Source: Mobula birostris
Lineage: Eukaryota
Reading direction: 5' to 3'
DNA length: 64,000 nucleotides
Assembly: GCF_030028105.1 (NCBI RefSeq)
Contig: NC_092385.1
Location: forward strand, 54,919,433 to 54,983,432
This document shows positions 36,830 through 49,799 of the stretch, piece after piece. A program made the position numbers and the translations under genes. The notes below the pieces were generated by a model. It ran no database searches and was not told where the DNA came from. It saw nothing but the letters and a program-made list of their open reading frames with translations. Numbering within the stretch: position 1 is the stretch's first letter; every line of letters begins with the position of its first letter.

Positions 36830-38015
36830 CTGGCTTGTTAACACTGACATATCTTGTGAAATTTGTTGTTTTGTGGCAGCAGTGCTTTGAGTGTGTGTCT
36901 TCAGGCTCCTGTACCTTCTCCCTGATGTTAATAATGAGAAGAGGGCATGTCCTGGCTGGTGGGGTCCTGAATGATGGCTGCTGCCTTCTTGAGGCGTTGC
37001 CTTTTGAAGATATCCTCGATGGTGGTGGCTAGCATCATGATGAATCTGACTGAATTTACAACCCTCTGCAGCTTTTTTTCCCATCCTGTGCGGTGGCCCT
37101 TCCATACCAGGTGGTGGTGCAGCTGTAAAAATTTGCTAGTCTCTGGTAACATACAGTATCTCCTCAAACTCCTAATGAAATATAGTCACTGGCATGTCCT
37201 CTTTGTAATTGCATCAATATGTTGAGCCCAGGATAGATGTTGACCCCACTGAAACTGCTCACTCTTTTGACCAGTGACTTCTCGATAAGGACTGGTGTGT
37301 GTTCCCTCGACATCCAGTTCCTGAAGTTCACAATCAGTTCTTTGACATTGAGTACAAGAATACTCTCATCCAGTTGATCTGTCTCCTGTACACTTCATCA
37401 GCATTTGAGATGAGATTCTGCCGTTAACAGTTTGTAATAGTAGGCAGCCGTCGATCCCAAGGGATCATGGGTTTGCACCTCTGGTGGACTGTGTCCTCTC
37501 CCGGGCGCAAACCTGGGTGGGAAGATTTGAAGAACCGGCTGTTGCCCATGCAGCGGGTTCCCCCTCTCCACATCACTGATGTAGTCCAAGGGAAGGGTAA
37601 GCACTGATACAGCTCGGCACCAGTGTCATCGCAGAGGTTGCCAGAGTGAAGTTGTAAACAACAGCAAACTGTCTCAGGGACCCCGGCTCTGGATTTCTTC
37701 CTTGGGGTTTACTCCTGAAGCCCTTCCCGTGGGTGGGTAAGGCTGCAAGGCAACGAAGGTTTAAAATCAGAGCTTTCCTTCTCCTGGACAGGCTGCCATC
37801 CAATACTGATGAGCCCCACCTGCCAGAAGCAACTGGTTTTGAGGCGCCAGTGGTCCACCTTTGCCCCTTCTCTTGTCAGTAGAAACAGTTCCACTGGATG
37901 CGAATTTATAGATGCTGTTGGCGCTGTGGCTAGCCTAACAGACATGGGTGTAGAGAGAGCAGAGCAGCGTATTAAGGATGCATCTTTGAGGTGCAGTTAC
38001 GTTAATTGTCAGTAA
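36830..38015 (-). mobile_element. Rex1/Babar-like LINE fragment interrupted at ~37436-37900
   Basis: KKLQRVVN..IEDIFKRQRLKKAAAIIQDP.HPGHALFSLL.SGRRYRSL; upstream KELIVNFRN. Confidence 0.8.
37436..37900 (-). mobile_element. Non-autonomous RTE-type retroposon
   Basis: GGATGGCAGCCTGTCCAGGAGAAGGAAAGCTCTGATTTTAAACC (RTE 5' UTR-like); 3' part shared with the SINE at 58125-58438. Confidence 0.6.
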
Positions 38016-38809
38016 ATCAGAATCGAATTTAATATCACCAGCATATGTCATGAAATTTGTTGTCTTTGTGGCAGCAGTACGATGCAATACCTAATAATAG
38101 AGAAAAATAGTTAAATTAAATAAGTAGTGCAAAAATAAAAATTTTAAAAAGACATAGTGAGGTGGTGTTTATGGGAGTGAGGTTGTGGTCATGGGAGTGA
38201 GATGTTGAGACTCCACTCAGATGGCACTGGAGGTCAAGATTGACCCTGAGTAACTGGAACTGTGTAGCAGAAGGTCTTCTAGCTGTGCCACTGTGCCATC
38301 CTGGTCATGTTGGAATTAATCAGAAATAAAGAGGAGGGAGGAATAAATATGAGTGGCAAAAAAGCACATTGTTACAGATACACAATTATATCCTGCAACA
38401 GCACTATCAGAGAGTAGCTTTCCATAACCTGGGATTAGATTCCAGCCTGCACCACAGACAATGGCATGCATTACTACCTATTGATTCCTCTCTGTGACTC
38501 TCTCTCAGAAATCCATATTGCACATAGAGAGTAGCCATTTACCAAAATCATTATCATTCTTTGCTGATAGCTGTGTTAGGTTAGAAACAGATGTAGCAAA
38601 GTGAGAAAGGAAATCGTTTCTTATTCAGTTGTGTGTAATCACTCTACATGATGGGCTTTGTTATGAAGTACTTCTCCCACATTATCTTTGATCGAATCGC
38701 CAGGCAATTAATATCAGGTGATGGGGAGTATTGATGAAACCTCAGAATGACTCAAGAAAGTTCAGCAGAGGATGTACTTCTTGTGGTAGTTGGTAAAGTT
38801 CCATCTTCC

Positions 38810-39432
38810 CCGGAATATACTGGTGCGATTCCACACTGCCATCATAGAGAGCATCGTCACATCAGCCATTGCTGTCCGGTTTGGTACAGTATCCTGTCAT
38901 GATATACGATAATTACTGTCGATAGCCGAAAAGGTCATTGGGTGCAGTGTACCATCGGTGCAGAATGTATATGTTTCAAGGACAAAGAAGCAGGCAGGGC
39001 AAAATCATTGTGGACATTACCCACCCAGGAAACTGCCTTTTCCAAAGGCTCTCTTCTTTCAAGTGCTATAGGGCTATTAAAACAAAAGTTTCATGCCACC
39101 TTAACAGTTTCTTTCCCCAGGCAGTTAATTATCATATCCTAACCCCCTCCCCCTCGATCTATTACCCCAGTCAGTGCACTGCACTGCACTGAAAACACTT
39201 TAAACTACTTCTTATAATGCTGTTTACATTGTTAATTCATGTTGGCATTTATGTATTTACGCACATTTTATACCATATCTGTACATCTGTACTTAGTATA
39301 ATTTATAATTCTTCATAATTGTTGAATATTGTTTTTTTATTGCATGTCATGCTCTGAACAAAGTACCACAGCAAACTCCAAATCTATGTAAATATATATG
39401 GTGAATAAAGTTAATCCTTGATCCTTGATCCT
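38810..39432 (+). mobile_element. Rex1/Babar-like 3' fragment
   Basis: AIIESI.TS.I.V.FG; KIIVDITHPGNCLFQRL..YRAIKTK..NSFFPQAV; tail ATCCTTGATCCTTGATCC. Confidence 0.75.
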
Positions 39433-39574
39433 CGAATGTGTTTTATTTTGGTGGCAAGAGGCAACTTGCTAGAGATAAAACCAGCAGAAAGTTGGCAAGG
39501 CTCACAGGGAACATGAGGATGTGAGGTTGAAAATGTTGAAAATGAAGACTAGCGATTTCCTCATTTCATGGAAT

Positions 39575-39765
39575 CACATTGTTATGTTGAAAAGTTCCAT
39601 GGTTTGTAAGCTACCCAAGCAAAACATGAGATGAGGTTCTGCCAAATTGCATTTAGCCGCTCTATAGCAATGGAAAAGACCGATGGCAGACGGGCCATGG
39701 TCAGGGTGGGAAGAAGTGTTAAAAATGAATGCAACCAGAAGTTTGAGATGGTCATTTGGGGCTGA
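39575..39765 (-). mobile_element. PLE GIY-YIG C-terminal fragment
   Basis: LVAFIFNTSSH..AIGLFHCY..KCNLAEPHLMFCLGSLQ. Confidence 0.7.
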
Positions 39766-40184
39766 GCACATGTGTTTCAGAAAATAGTCACCCTTTCAAG
39801 TGTTCCTCCCTTCTTTAGTGCTGCTCATAACATGCAGTCTTTCCTCTTCTCCCTCAGTCCTTGAACATTGACATTCTCCTCCACAAATGCTGCTTCATCT
39901 GCTGAGTTCTTCCACCATTCCGTGTTTCCGTTCCTGATTTCAGCATTAACAACCTCTTTTGTCTAGGATTCCAGTTCCCTAGGGTGTGGTTAAATGTCTG
40001 TTGCTGCTCCATGGAGCTGCGGTGGATGCAGGTTCTGATCAACACATCTTACACCAAGTTACTTCACATTTGGAGATTTGCAAGACTTTGGAAACAAAGG
40101 CTCTTATGAAGACTGGTAGGCATTCTCAAGAAGCAAAATTGTGCAGAAGGTGCAAATCTGAAATAAGTGCTCCAACTACTCAAT

Positions 40185-40890
40185 GTTCAAAGTTCAGAGT
40201 AAATTTATGATTGACGTTGGTATATGTCATTAAATACTACCCTGAGATTCATTTTCTTGGAGTCATTTACGGTAGAAAAAAGAAATGCAATAGCATCAGT
40301 GAAAGTCTACACGCAAAGACTGACAAGCAATCAATGTGCAATAGAAGACAAACTTTGTAAATACACAAAAAATAAAAAGATAGACGGATAGATAAATAAA
40401 TAAATAATATTATTGAGAACAGGAAATGTAGAGTTGTTGAAAGTGAGTCCATAGGTTGTGTTCAGTATTGTGGTGAGTGAAGTCATCCACTCTGGTTCTG
40501 TAGCTCATGGCTGAAGGGTAATAACTGTTTCTGAACTTGGTGGTATGGAACCTACCTCCTTCCCAATGGTAGTAGCAAGAAGAGAGTGTAGCCTGGATGG
40601 TTGACGTCCTTGATGATGGGTTCTGCTTTCCTGTGGCAGTGCTCTTTGTGAACGTGCTCAAGGTTGGGAGGGCTTTGCTTGTGAATAACGCAGCAGTTTC
40701 CACCACTTGTAGGCTTTTCTGCGCTTGGGCATTGGTGTTTCCAGGCTATGAAGTAACCAGTCAAGATACTCTCCACTGTGCACCTATAGAAAGAAATTTG
40801 TCAAAGTTTTAGATGACATGCTGAATCTGTGCAAGCTTCTAAGAAGGTAGAGGCATTGCTTTGCCTTCTTTGAAATGATACTTAGTGTGC
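40185..40890 (-). mobile_element. Rex1/Babar-like LINE 3' fragment
   Basis: ESILTGY..KEHCHRKAEPIIKDVNHPGYTLFLLLP.GRR; TTCAAAGTTCAGAG tail. Confidence 0.8.
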
Positions 40891-41963
40891 TGATCAGCAG
40901 GCTAGTCAGCATCTGTGGATAAAGGAACAGCGTTAATGCTTCAGGTCAATGACGTTTTCAGGTCAATCAGGTACTCTCTTTCAGTGTATCAAGCTGCACC
41001 AGCTAGATACACTGCCTATTACAACACCAGATACTGGCCTGAAAAGAACCTATTGCAATTATGCTTGAAACTAGCTAGGCTTTGATTGTTTACAGTGGGT
41101 TATCCGAGACACTAAGCCACATTTAATTCTGAACTTAAACATTGAACTGCATTTGACAAGTCAGACTTTCAAATCATAGGTTTGCTGATCAGCTCACTTT
41201 ATCTTCTTGAGGCTTGGGTTCACTCAAATGACCCTATGACCACTAGATAATTATATTCATCAAAAATAGAATTAATGGAATCAAACTTCATGGAAAATTA
41301 TCTCATTCCCAATCCTAGTTTGGGTCATTACTCCTGCCTTGGCTCGTTTGTACTCATTACTGCACCCCAAAGGTGTTTAGAATACAACTAATGTACAAGC
41401 CACGGTAACAGCCTTATCTTTCTCTGAGAGGTCATAATTATGCAAGGTCTTATTGAAATGGTGAAGAGGATCTCCAGGTGAATTAACCTGATCTGCTCTG
41501 GGCCAGCTACAGGTTAAATAATATTGAGGATCAATAGGGAGATAAGATCGAAGTATTCCTTAGCAGTTTTTAAAAATTCTGGCAAGTGGTTTGAAGGTAA
41601 TTTATGTAGCCAATTCACATTTCTTTTGAATGAAAACCCGTGGATTTTAGTGTCTTTAGTGCAGCACCAGGGCAGCCGAGGTGTAACAATAGACTCTAAT
41701 TCTTAGTAACAGGAGAGTTTCTGGCTGTACGTTGTATGACATTGCTAAAAAACACTTGTGCGTACAGAAAGCCTTATTTCAATGTGTGCAAAAGCATTCT
41801 GCAGCCTATGAGCTGCTTTGGAAGGGATTCAGAATTAAAAATTCAAGATTGTTTATTGTCATTCTTCGGTACACAAGTGAAAGAGATCAAAATGATTGTT
41901 ACTCCAGATCTGATGCAGCATTAAAAAATCAGTAAGCATAAAGAACACAAAAAAAATCAATAA

Positions 41964-42790
41964 AGTTTCAAAGGTTCAATTTAATGTCAGAGAAATGTAT
42001 ACAAAATACATCCTGAAATGCTTTTTCTGCACAACCGTCCACGAAAACAGAGGAGTGCTCCAAAGAATGAATGATAGTTAAACGTTAGAACCCCAAAGTC
42101 CCTCCAGCTCCCCCCCCCGCGCGTAAACGGCAGCAAGCAACAATCCCCCCTCCCCCCACCATCAGCACTCACCACTGAGCACTCAAGCGTGAGCAAAGCA
42201 GTAGGAAAGACACAGACGCAGTTACTCCAAAGACTTTGCGTCTCACCCAGCATTCGACATACCATAGGTTCTCTCTCTCCCTAATAAGGGAGAAGGAGGT
42301 GTCTCCATTTTTTCCCTAGCGAGTGGGGAGACATAACGGACAACTCGCTGGTATACGATGTTAAAAGTCCGTTACGTCGCTTTTTCCGAGCTCTGTTCCA
42401 AAAGATCTCAAAGATCCCGGGTCTTTGGGCACACAGCAGAAGATTTTCTGACTCCCCCAATGACACACGGGTCTCCTGCTGTGACACCGCCCCTCGGACC
42501 ACCCGTCTCCAGATCCGCGAGATCTTAGGCTTCCAAATCCGAGCCGGACTCTCAGGTCTCTTGGCGTGCCGAACAACACTCCCTTGGTGTGCCGAACAAC
42601 AGCCAGTCCTGAAACCCCGAGAACGGGTCCCCTTCCCACAAAGAACCGAAGTCAGCATGTAACTCCAGGTTAGGGTCTTCAAAAGAATCCTGAAAGGGAA
42701 AAATAAAGATATTAAAGATGGAAATAGAGCTGCTTCCGAAGATGCTAGCACAGGAGTCGCCGTTTAGCGCTATCTTGACTTTGTTCCGCC
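41964..42790 (-). mobile_element. Apparently full-length non-coding retroposon with a Rex-type tail
   Basis: CpG-rich; 5' end GTCAAGATAGCGC; 3' tail TGAACCTTTGAA; nested in another tail remnant. Confidence 0.55.
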
Positions 42791-43130
42791 TCTCAGTAAG
42801 TATAAATATAAATGCAATCCTATAAAACACAATGTACAAGTAAATGTATAAGTGAATTTTGAAGAGACCCTCTGGATGCTTGCTTTGTAGATATTGTTAA
42901 TCTCTTGGTATTAGCACTTGGAGGGTGGGAGTAGGTAATGGGACCACTGTTTCACTGTTCTTCTGTAGATGAATAATGCAGACTGAGAGAGTGTTGCAAT
43001 CTCCAACGCATAAACAAATAATTAACCGGATAATTTGCTTGCTGGGGATAGCTGGTGAGGTAAGCGTTGACCAGGACACAGGTGGAAATGCATGTCCTTA
43101 CTTGGTGACTACAGTGAGATATATTATGTC

Positions 43131-43993
43131 CACTCAGTGGCCACATTATTAGGTACACCTGTACACCTGTTTCATAATGCAGATATCTGATCAGCCAATC
43201 ATGTGGCAGCAACTTGATACATGAAAGCACGCAGACAGCATGGGCGCCACAGTAGTGTAGCGGTTAGTGAGACGCTATTACAGTTTGCCATGTCGGAGTT
43301 AAGAGTTCAACCTCAGAGTCCTGTCTAGAGTACGCATGTCCTGCCCGTGGAATGCATGGGTTTCCTCTGGATGATCTGATTTCCTGCCGCAGTCCAAAGA
43401 CATACTGGTTGGTAGGTCAATTGGTCATTGTAAGTTGTGTCATGATGAGGCCAGGATTAAATTAGTAGGTTGCTGGGTGAGATGGCTCAGAGGATCAGGA
43501 GGGCTTATTCCACTCTGTATCTTTGAATAAATAAAATAAATAAGTAAAAACACGGTCAAGATGTTCAGTTGTTGTTCAGTCCAAACATCATAATAGGGGA
43601 AGGAATGTAACCTAAGTTACTTTGACCCAGGAATGATTGTTGTTGGTTTGAGTATTTCAAAAACTGCTGATCTCCTGGAAGTTTCACACACAACAGTCTC
43701 TAGAGCTGGCAGAACAAGGTGCAGGACACAAAAAAAACATCCAGCGAGTTGCAGTTCTGTGGGCAAAAACGCCCTGTTAATGAGAGAGGTCAGAGGAGAA
43801 TGGCCGGACTGGTTCAAGCTGATAGGAAGGTGACAGTAAATAAGCTCGTGTTATAACATGTGCAGAAGAACATCTCTGAATGCGCAACACCTTGAAATTG
43901 GAAGTGGACGGGTTACAGAAGCAGACTATGGACATACAATCAATGGCCACGTTATTTGGTGCAGGAGGTATCTAATAATGTGGCCGCTGAGTA
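43131..43993 (+). mobile_element. Tc1/mariner internally deleted transposon
   Basis: TIRs CACTCAGTGGCCACATTATTAGGTAC / GTATCTAATAATGTGGCCGCTGAGT; transposase HTH remnant MIV..GLSISKTADLL..SHTTVSR. Confidence 0.88.
43240..43548 (+). mobile_element. tRNA-derived V-SINE inserted in the Tc1
   Basis: A box TAGTGTAGCGG, B box GAGTTCAAC, V-domain GGGTTTCCTCTGGATG..TTTCCTGCCGCAGTCCAAAGAC, (AATA)n tail. Confidence 0.8.
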
Positions 43994-45239
43994 TATATTT
44001 CAGTTTCTATGTTATTGCTGGCATTTTGCCCTCCAATATATAAAAAAAACTGTTAAACAAACTTGTCATTTTGACGTTATCTATTACAATCTCATCGGTA
44101 TCACTCCTTACTGTGTCTACAATTATGACATCACACTTCTTTTGATTATAATAGCTTATACACTTGCCAAAAAGGAAACTGCTAAATGGCAATTTAACTG
44201 TTCTGTCTCCCATTTTTTTAAAATTTCAGATTCTCAGCAATTTGCTTTTACCTAAATAATCTATTGGTATGAGAATTTCGCACATAATTGAATCCCATTT
44301 ATTTCAGAAACTCAAGAGTTTTGATTCTGGGAAGTCATTTTTAACAGTGAAGGAGTTGCCTTCAATTCAAACGTAATTATCCTTCCTCATTAAGATTCTA
44401 TTACTTCAAAGGTTAAACACTTTCTATTTGTCACAATGATTTCTCTCTTGAGTTTTGGGATATGGTGACTCATGCTTTGTTGAATAGCCAACTTGCTTTT
44501 GCCACCAGCCAGGATTTGTTGATTTCATGTCAGACACAGGTATCCAGGTCAGATCCTTCCCTGCATTTTTAAAATCAACACTGCTTCTTCATGCAAACAG
44601 TATGAATAATTAAACGGTGTTCATGATTACTTATAGGTAGTCCGCTAATGTATGGCAGTTGAAAACAGATCACCTATTCTTTGACCTGATTAGAAGTGCT
44701 GAATACAATTATAGATTAATTAACATTTGGTGGGATTTGGAGAGCAATTTCCTTTTGATTATATTAGCCAGATTGAAGCAGAAGTGAAGTAACATATTAA
44801 TGCTTCAGTCTGGAATTCAAATGATGAAATCACTCTGCTGCAAAACCAAATGCTGTTTTAAAAGATACAGAGAATGATGTGAAATAACGGTGGGCCCATT
44901 AACATCTGCTAGGACAGAGGAGGGAGTGGATTCTCAGGCACCTGGACACAGAGCCTATTCATGAGAGTTTATTTCTCAAAAATAAGGCTTCAGTGCTGGT
45001 AGATGCAGCTTCCTGGCAGACACTGAAATTCCTCCCATTTGGTCCCACGTTTAAATCAGGCACTGCTGAAAATATCCTCAAGGATCATATTAGGACATTG
45101 CAAGAACTTGAGGAAATAGGAGCAGTCGTAGGCCAGAAGACCCTCAATCCTGCCTGCCGGTTTTCTATATGATTGGGACTAAACTATGATGGCTTCCCCA
45201 TTACCCTCAATTCCTCCGTTTATCATAAATGGTCAAGTT

Positions 45240-45505
45240 CCCCAGCACGGAAACAGGCCTTTGAGTCCTCCCAGTTTGCATCCGTTTACACTAAAATGAT
45301 TTATTTTACCCACAATTCTCCCCAGATTCTACCGCTCAGCTACACATTAGGAGCAATTTACGGCGGCCAATTGAACTTCTAATCCACATGACTTTGGAAT
45401 GTTGGGGTAAACCAGAGAAGAGCCGTGTGGTCACATGGAGAGGACACAGACAGCACCAGAGGCCAGGACTGGAAGTATGAAGCAGCAGCTCAACTACTGG
45501 CACCA
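45240..45505 (-). mobile_element. V-SINE, decayed
   Basis: GCAATTTAC..GCCAATT..CATGACTTTGGAATGT..AAACCAGAG. Confidence 0.6.
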
Positions 45506-46400
45506 CTCTATCACCCTCATTTCCTAACCAAAAGTCTATTAATGAACCAACCAAACTTTAAAAAGAATCTGAAAGCTGAGCCTTCAGTTTACAGGTACTA
45601 GTTTTTATAGACAGATACATGGGTTGGAAAGGTTTAGGAGGTTATGTGTTGGCAAATGGGATTAGTTTGGATTGGACATCCAAGGGTGTCAAGGGTTATG
45701 GGGAGAAGGCAGGAGAATGGGGTTGAGAATTGGCCTTGATGGAATGGCAGTGCAGACTCAGTGGGCCTAATTCTGCTCCTATGTTTTATGGTCTTATTTT
45801 TACCCTTGCTGTATCTATTTCAACTTAATCTAAATTATGAAATCGATCATGGCGGGATATTCCAGTTTCTCCGTATTATTACTTCAGTCCCTGTCCGTAT
45901 GGGCTGAGCAGAGACAGGAGAAAGTTGCTCTCGTACATTTGTGACCTCCATCACGACGTGTCACTGAAAAAATCGATGTTGCAAGCGGCAAAGGACAATG
46001 TGGGATGCCAGCCAGTTCCCTGCAGCAGCCAGTTACCCTTTAGGTCACGAACTATCATTCCCACCAGGAATGAGATTGATGGTGCATAGATCAAACTGGC
46101 ACTAAATCTATGGCATCTGTTCTTGTTATGGACTAAGGAATTAACTACTTTGGATGTGAATAAAATAGCACCTGAGGCTCCCTAACCTTGCTGCTGTAGG
46201 TATCAGTTACTTGATCTGTTGAGCAGCAGCATTGCAAGCCATCACTTCATTTTACTTGACGGAGCTTTGACGATGCTGTGGTAATAATCCAGACTTTCAG
46301 TCCTTTGCCTACACAGAGCTGTTGCAGAGTGCAGTCCTGGCATTTAACCTTGCCTGCTGCAAGATGGTTACGCACCTGGGCTGATGTCAGTGTTGAGTTT

Positions 46401-47850
46401 ATAGAACACAGAACATAGAAATCTGCAGCACATTACAGGCCCTTCGGCCCATGATGTTGTGCTGGCCATGTAACCTACTCTAGAAACTGACTAGAATTCC
46501 CTTACTGTATAGCCCTCTATTTTTCTAAGCTCCACGTACCTAAGAGTCTCTTATAAGACTATTGTATCCACCTCTATCACTGTCACTGGCAGTACATTCT
46601 ATGCACCCACCACTCTCTGTGTAAAGAAGTTAGCTCTGACATCCCACTTGTACCTACTTCCAAGCACCTTAAAACTATGCCCCCTCGTGTTAGCCATTTT
46701 AGCCCTGGGGAAAAAGCCTCTGGCTATCCACATATCAATGTCTCTCATCATCTTATACACCTATGTCAGGTCACCTCTCATCCTCCACCACTCCAAGGAG
46801 AAAAGGCCAAGTTCACTCAGCCTATTCTCATCAGGCATGCTCTCCAATCTAGGCAACATCCTTGTAAATCTCCTCTGCACTCTGTCTATATAACCATGAC
46901 TGTGCGGATAGGCATAGCTCAAATACCATCTATAAATTTGTTGGTAGAATCTCAGATGGTGACAAGATGGCGTACAGGAGCGAGATATGCCAACTAGTGG
47001 AGTGGTGTCGCAGCAATAGTCTTACACTCAACATCAGTAAGACGAAAGAGCTGATTGTGGACTTCAGGAAGGGTAAGATGAAGGAACACATACCAATCCT
47101 CATAGAGGGATCAGAAGTGAAGAGAGTGAGCAGTTTCAAGTTCCTCGGTGTCAAGATCTCTGAGAATCTAACCTGGTCCCAACTATTGATGCAGGTATAA
47201 AGAAGGCAAGACAGTGGCTATGCTTTATTAGGAGTTTGAAGAGATTTGGTATGTCAACAAATACTCTCAAAAACTTCTGTAGATGTACCATGGAGAGCAT
47301 TCTGACAGGTTGTCTGGTATGGGGGGGGGGGTGCTACCACATAGGACCTAAAAAAGCTGAAGAGTGTTGTAAATTTAGTTGGCTTCATCTTGGGTACTGG
47401 CCTACAAAGTACCCAAGACATCTTCAAGGAGCAGTGTCTCAGAAAGGCAGCGTCCATATTAAGGACCTCCAGCACCCAGGGCATGCCCTTTTCTCACTGT
47501 TACCATCAGGTAGGAGGTACAGAAGCCTGAAGGCTCACACTCATCGATTCAGGAACAGCTTCTTCCCTTCTGCCACCTGATTTCTAAATGGACAATGAAC
47601 CCTTGGACTTTTTAAATATATATTATTTACATTTTTTTTGCATGATTTTTAATCTATTCAATATATGTATATCGCAATTTATTTATATATTTATTTATTT
47701 ATTATTATTTTGGTTTTCTTCTATATTATGTATTGCATTGAACTGCTGCTAAGTTAACAAATTTCATGACACATGCCGGTGATAATAAACCTGATTCTGA
47801 TTCTATACTATCCACATCCTTCCTGTAGTGAGGTGACCAGAATTGAATAT
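46401..47850 (-). mobile_element. CR1 3' fragment split by a Rex1/Babar insertion
   Basis: ATAGAACACAGAACATAGAA tail; CR1 resumes at ~47807 (TCCACATCCTTCCTGTAGTGAGGTGACCAGAA). Confidence 0.8.
46895..47806 (+). mobile_element. Rex1/Babar-like LINE, 5'-truncated
   Basis: LVEWCRSNSLTLNISKTKELIVDFRK..FKFLGV; HPGHALFSLLPSGRRYRSL..RFRNSFFPSA; (TGATTC)n tail; TSD TCTATA. Confidence 0.88.
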
Positions 47851-47894
47851 ATTTACTTATTTTTTATTTATTATAATTTACATATTTATTTTTA

Positions 47895-48663
47895 TTTTTA
47901 TTTCTTTTCCAATATTTTTTATTGATTTCTGTATAGAATACAGAGTTCAAGAGAATACATATTATAAAACAAAAGAAAAAATATAGTAATACCAGATACA
48001 GTATATTGAATCACATTAACGAACTCTTTACTCTATATTCATATGGATTATATTAGAATATAAACAATTTCATTAAAAAAAGGATCTACACCCACTACCA
48101 AAGTCTAAGCTGTTTGTGAAAAAAAGAAAAAAGCTTATCAGATAATAAAATGTACTATTAACCAAAATAAGTCAAAGATTATGAAAATAATTTAAAAATG
48201 GCCCCCAAAAATTTTGAAAACCTTGGTTAGATTCAGAAATTGAGCAACGAATCTTTTCTAAATTTAGGCATGCCATAACATCCCGTAACCACTCAGCATG
48301 ATTAGGCGGAACAGTATCCTTCCATTTAAACAAAAGTGCCCTCCTAGCCATAAGAGAGATAAAAGCCGGAATATGCAAATCAGATGTCTTCAAAATGATA
48401 TCCTTCCTTCCAACAATACCAAATAGGGGAGTCAAAGGATTTGGCTTAAAATTTACTTTAAAGGGTACAGAAAAAGTTTGGAATACTTCCTTCCAATATT
48501 TTCCAAGACTTGGGCACGTCCAAAACATATGAATAAGTGAAGCTTCTCCATTGTTACACCTATCACAGTAGGGAGATATGTCCCTGTAAAAACGAGATAA
48601 CTTATCCTTGGTCATATAAGCCCTATGAACCACTTTAACTTGTAGGAGGGAATGAAGAGCACA
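47895..48663 (-). mobile_element. L1-clade LINE 3' end
   Basis: ORF 48172-48633: VHRAY..CDRC..ASLIHMFWTCPSL (L1 C-terminal Cys-rich domain); A-rich tail on the minus strand. Confidence 0.88.
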
Positions 48664-48679
48664 TTTTATTTTTTATTTA

Positions 48680-48895
48680 GAAATTCAACACAGTAAAAGG
48701 CTCTTCCGGCCCAATGAGCCCACGCCACCCAATTACACCCACGTGATCAATTAACCTACTAACCCCTGTGTCTTTGGAACGTATGAAAACCTGGAGGAAA
48801 TTCATGTGGTCACGGAGAGAATGTGTAATCTCCTTACGGACAGTAGTGGGAATTGAACCTGGGTTGCTGGTGTTGTAATAATGTTGCCATAACAT
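48680..48895 (-). mobile_element. tRNA-derived V-SINE
   Basis: GGGAATTGAACCTGGG (B box, reverse), GTCTTTGGAA..CCTGGAGGAAA V-domain. Confidence 0.7.
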
Positions 48896-49164
48896 TCATC
48901 CTCTGCTGTAAGTTTCACACAAAGATGTGCTGCTAGGTAAATGGGTACTGTAAGTTGTCTTGGTGTATGTGGGTGGTGGGAGAATTGAGAAGCATTAATT
49001 GGCAAGTGGGAGGGAATGGGATACAGGGAAATAAGTTGGGGAGGGTGGGGGGGGTGCGCGAAGGAATGGGATTGTCCACTGGGCAGAGCAACCTCCTTCT
49101 ATGTCATAAGAAAATATGTAAACATTGGGGCATGTTCTGCCAAAAGCACAATTTTCTGATGATC

Positions 49165-49640
49165 AAATATCATAATTCCGATCTGCATTCCCACTGGGAC
49201 ATGTCAGTCCTTGGCCTCCTCTTTTGCCACGATGAGGCCACTCTCAGGGTGGAGGAGCAACTCCTCTTATTCTGTCTGGGTAATGCCCAATCTGATGGCA
49301 CAGGCATCAATTTCTCCTTCCCCCCAAAAAATTCCCAACCCCTTCCCTCTTCTTCTCTGGCCTCTCATCTCTTCTCTTCACCTGCCCTCCTTCTTCCCTT
49401 TCTCTCATGGTCCACTCTCTTCTCCAATCAGGACCTTTCTTCTCCAGCCCTTTACCTTTCCCACTCACCTGACTTCACCTATCACCTTCAAACTAGTCCT
49501 CCTTCTCCTTCCCCCAACCTTTTTATTCTGGTGTCTTCCCCCTTACTTTCCAGTCCTGAGGAAGGGTCTCAGCCTGAAACATTGACTGGTAATTCATTTC
49601 TGTAGATACTGCCTAACTTCCTCCAGTGTTTTGTGTGTGT
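49165..49640 (+). mobile_element. Penelope-like element 3' end with hammerhead
   Basis: HSHWDMSVLGLLFCHDEATLRVEEQLLLFCLG..Q.DG..INFS, then the pyrimidine-rich tail. Confidence 0.85.
49551..49588 (+). ncRNA. Minimal type I hammerhead ribozyme motif
   Basis: CAGTC-CTGAGGA-AGG GTCTCAG CCT-GAAA-CATT-GACTG; stem I CAGTC/GACTG; CGTCG decayed to CATTG by CpG deamination. Confidence 0.7.
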
Positions 49641-49799
49641 TATTAGTTAATATCCTCTGAGCAAGATGTTTCAAAAGTGGAGCTAGACTGTTTTCTTTTG
49701 CAGGTAGTTTACAATGTATGCGTTAGTAAAAATACTAATTGAACTTCGCGCTCCCTGTAAGACTGATGTGACCATTTTTTTCAAATGCCTTCATCAGTC

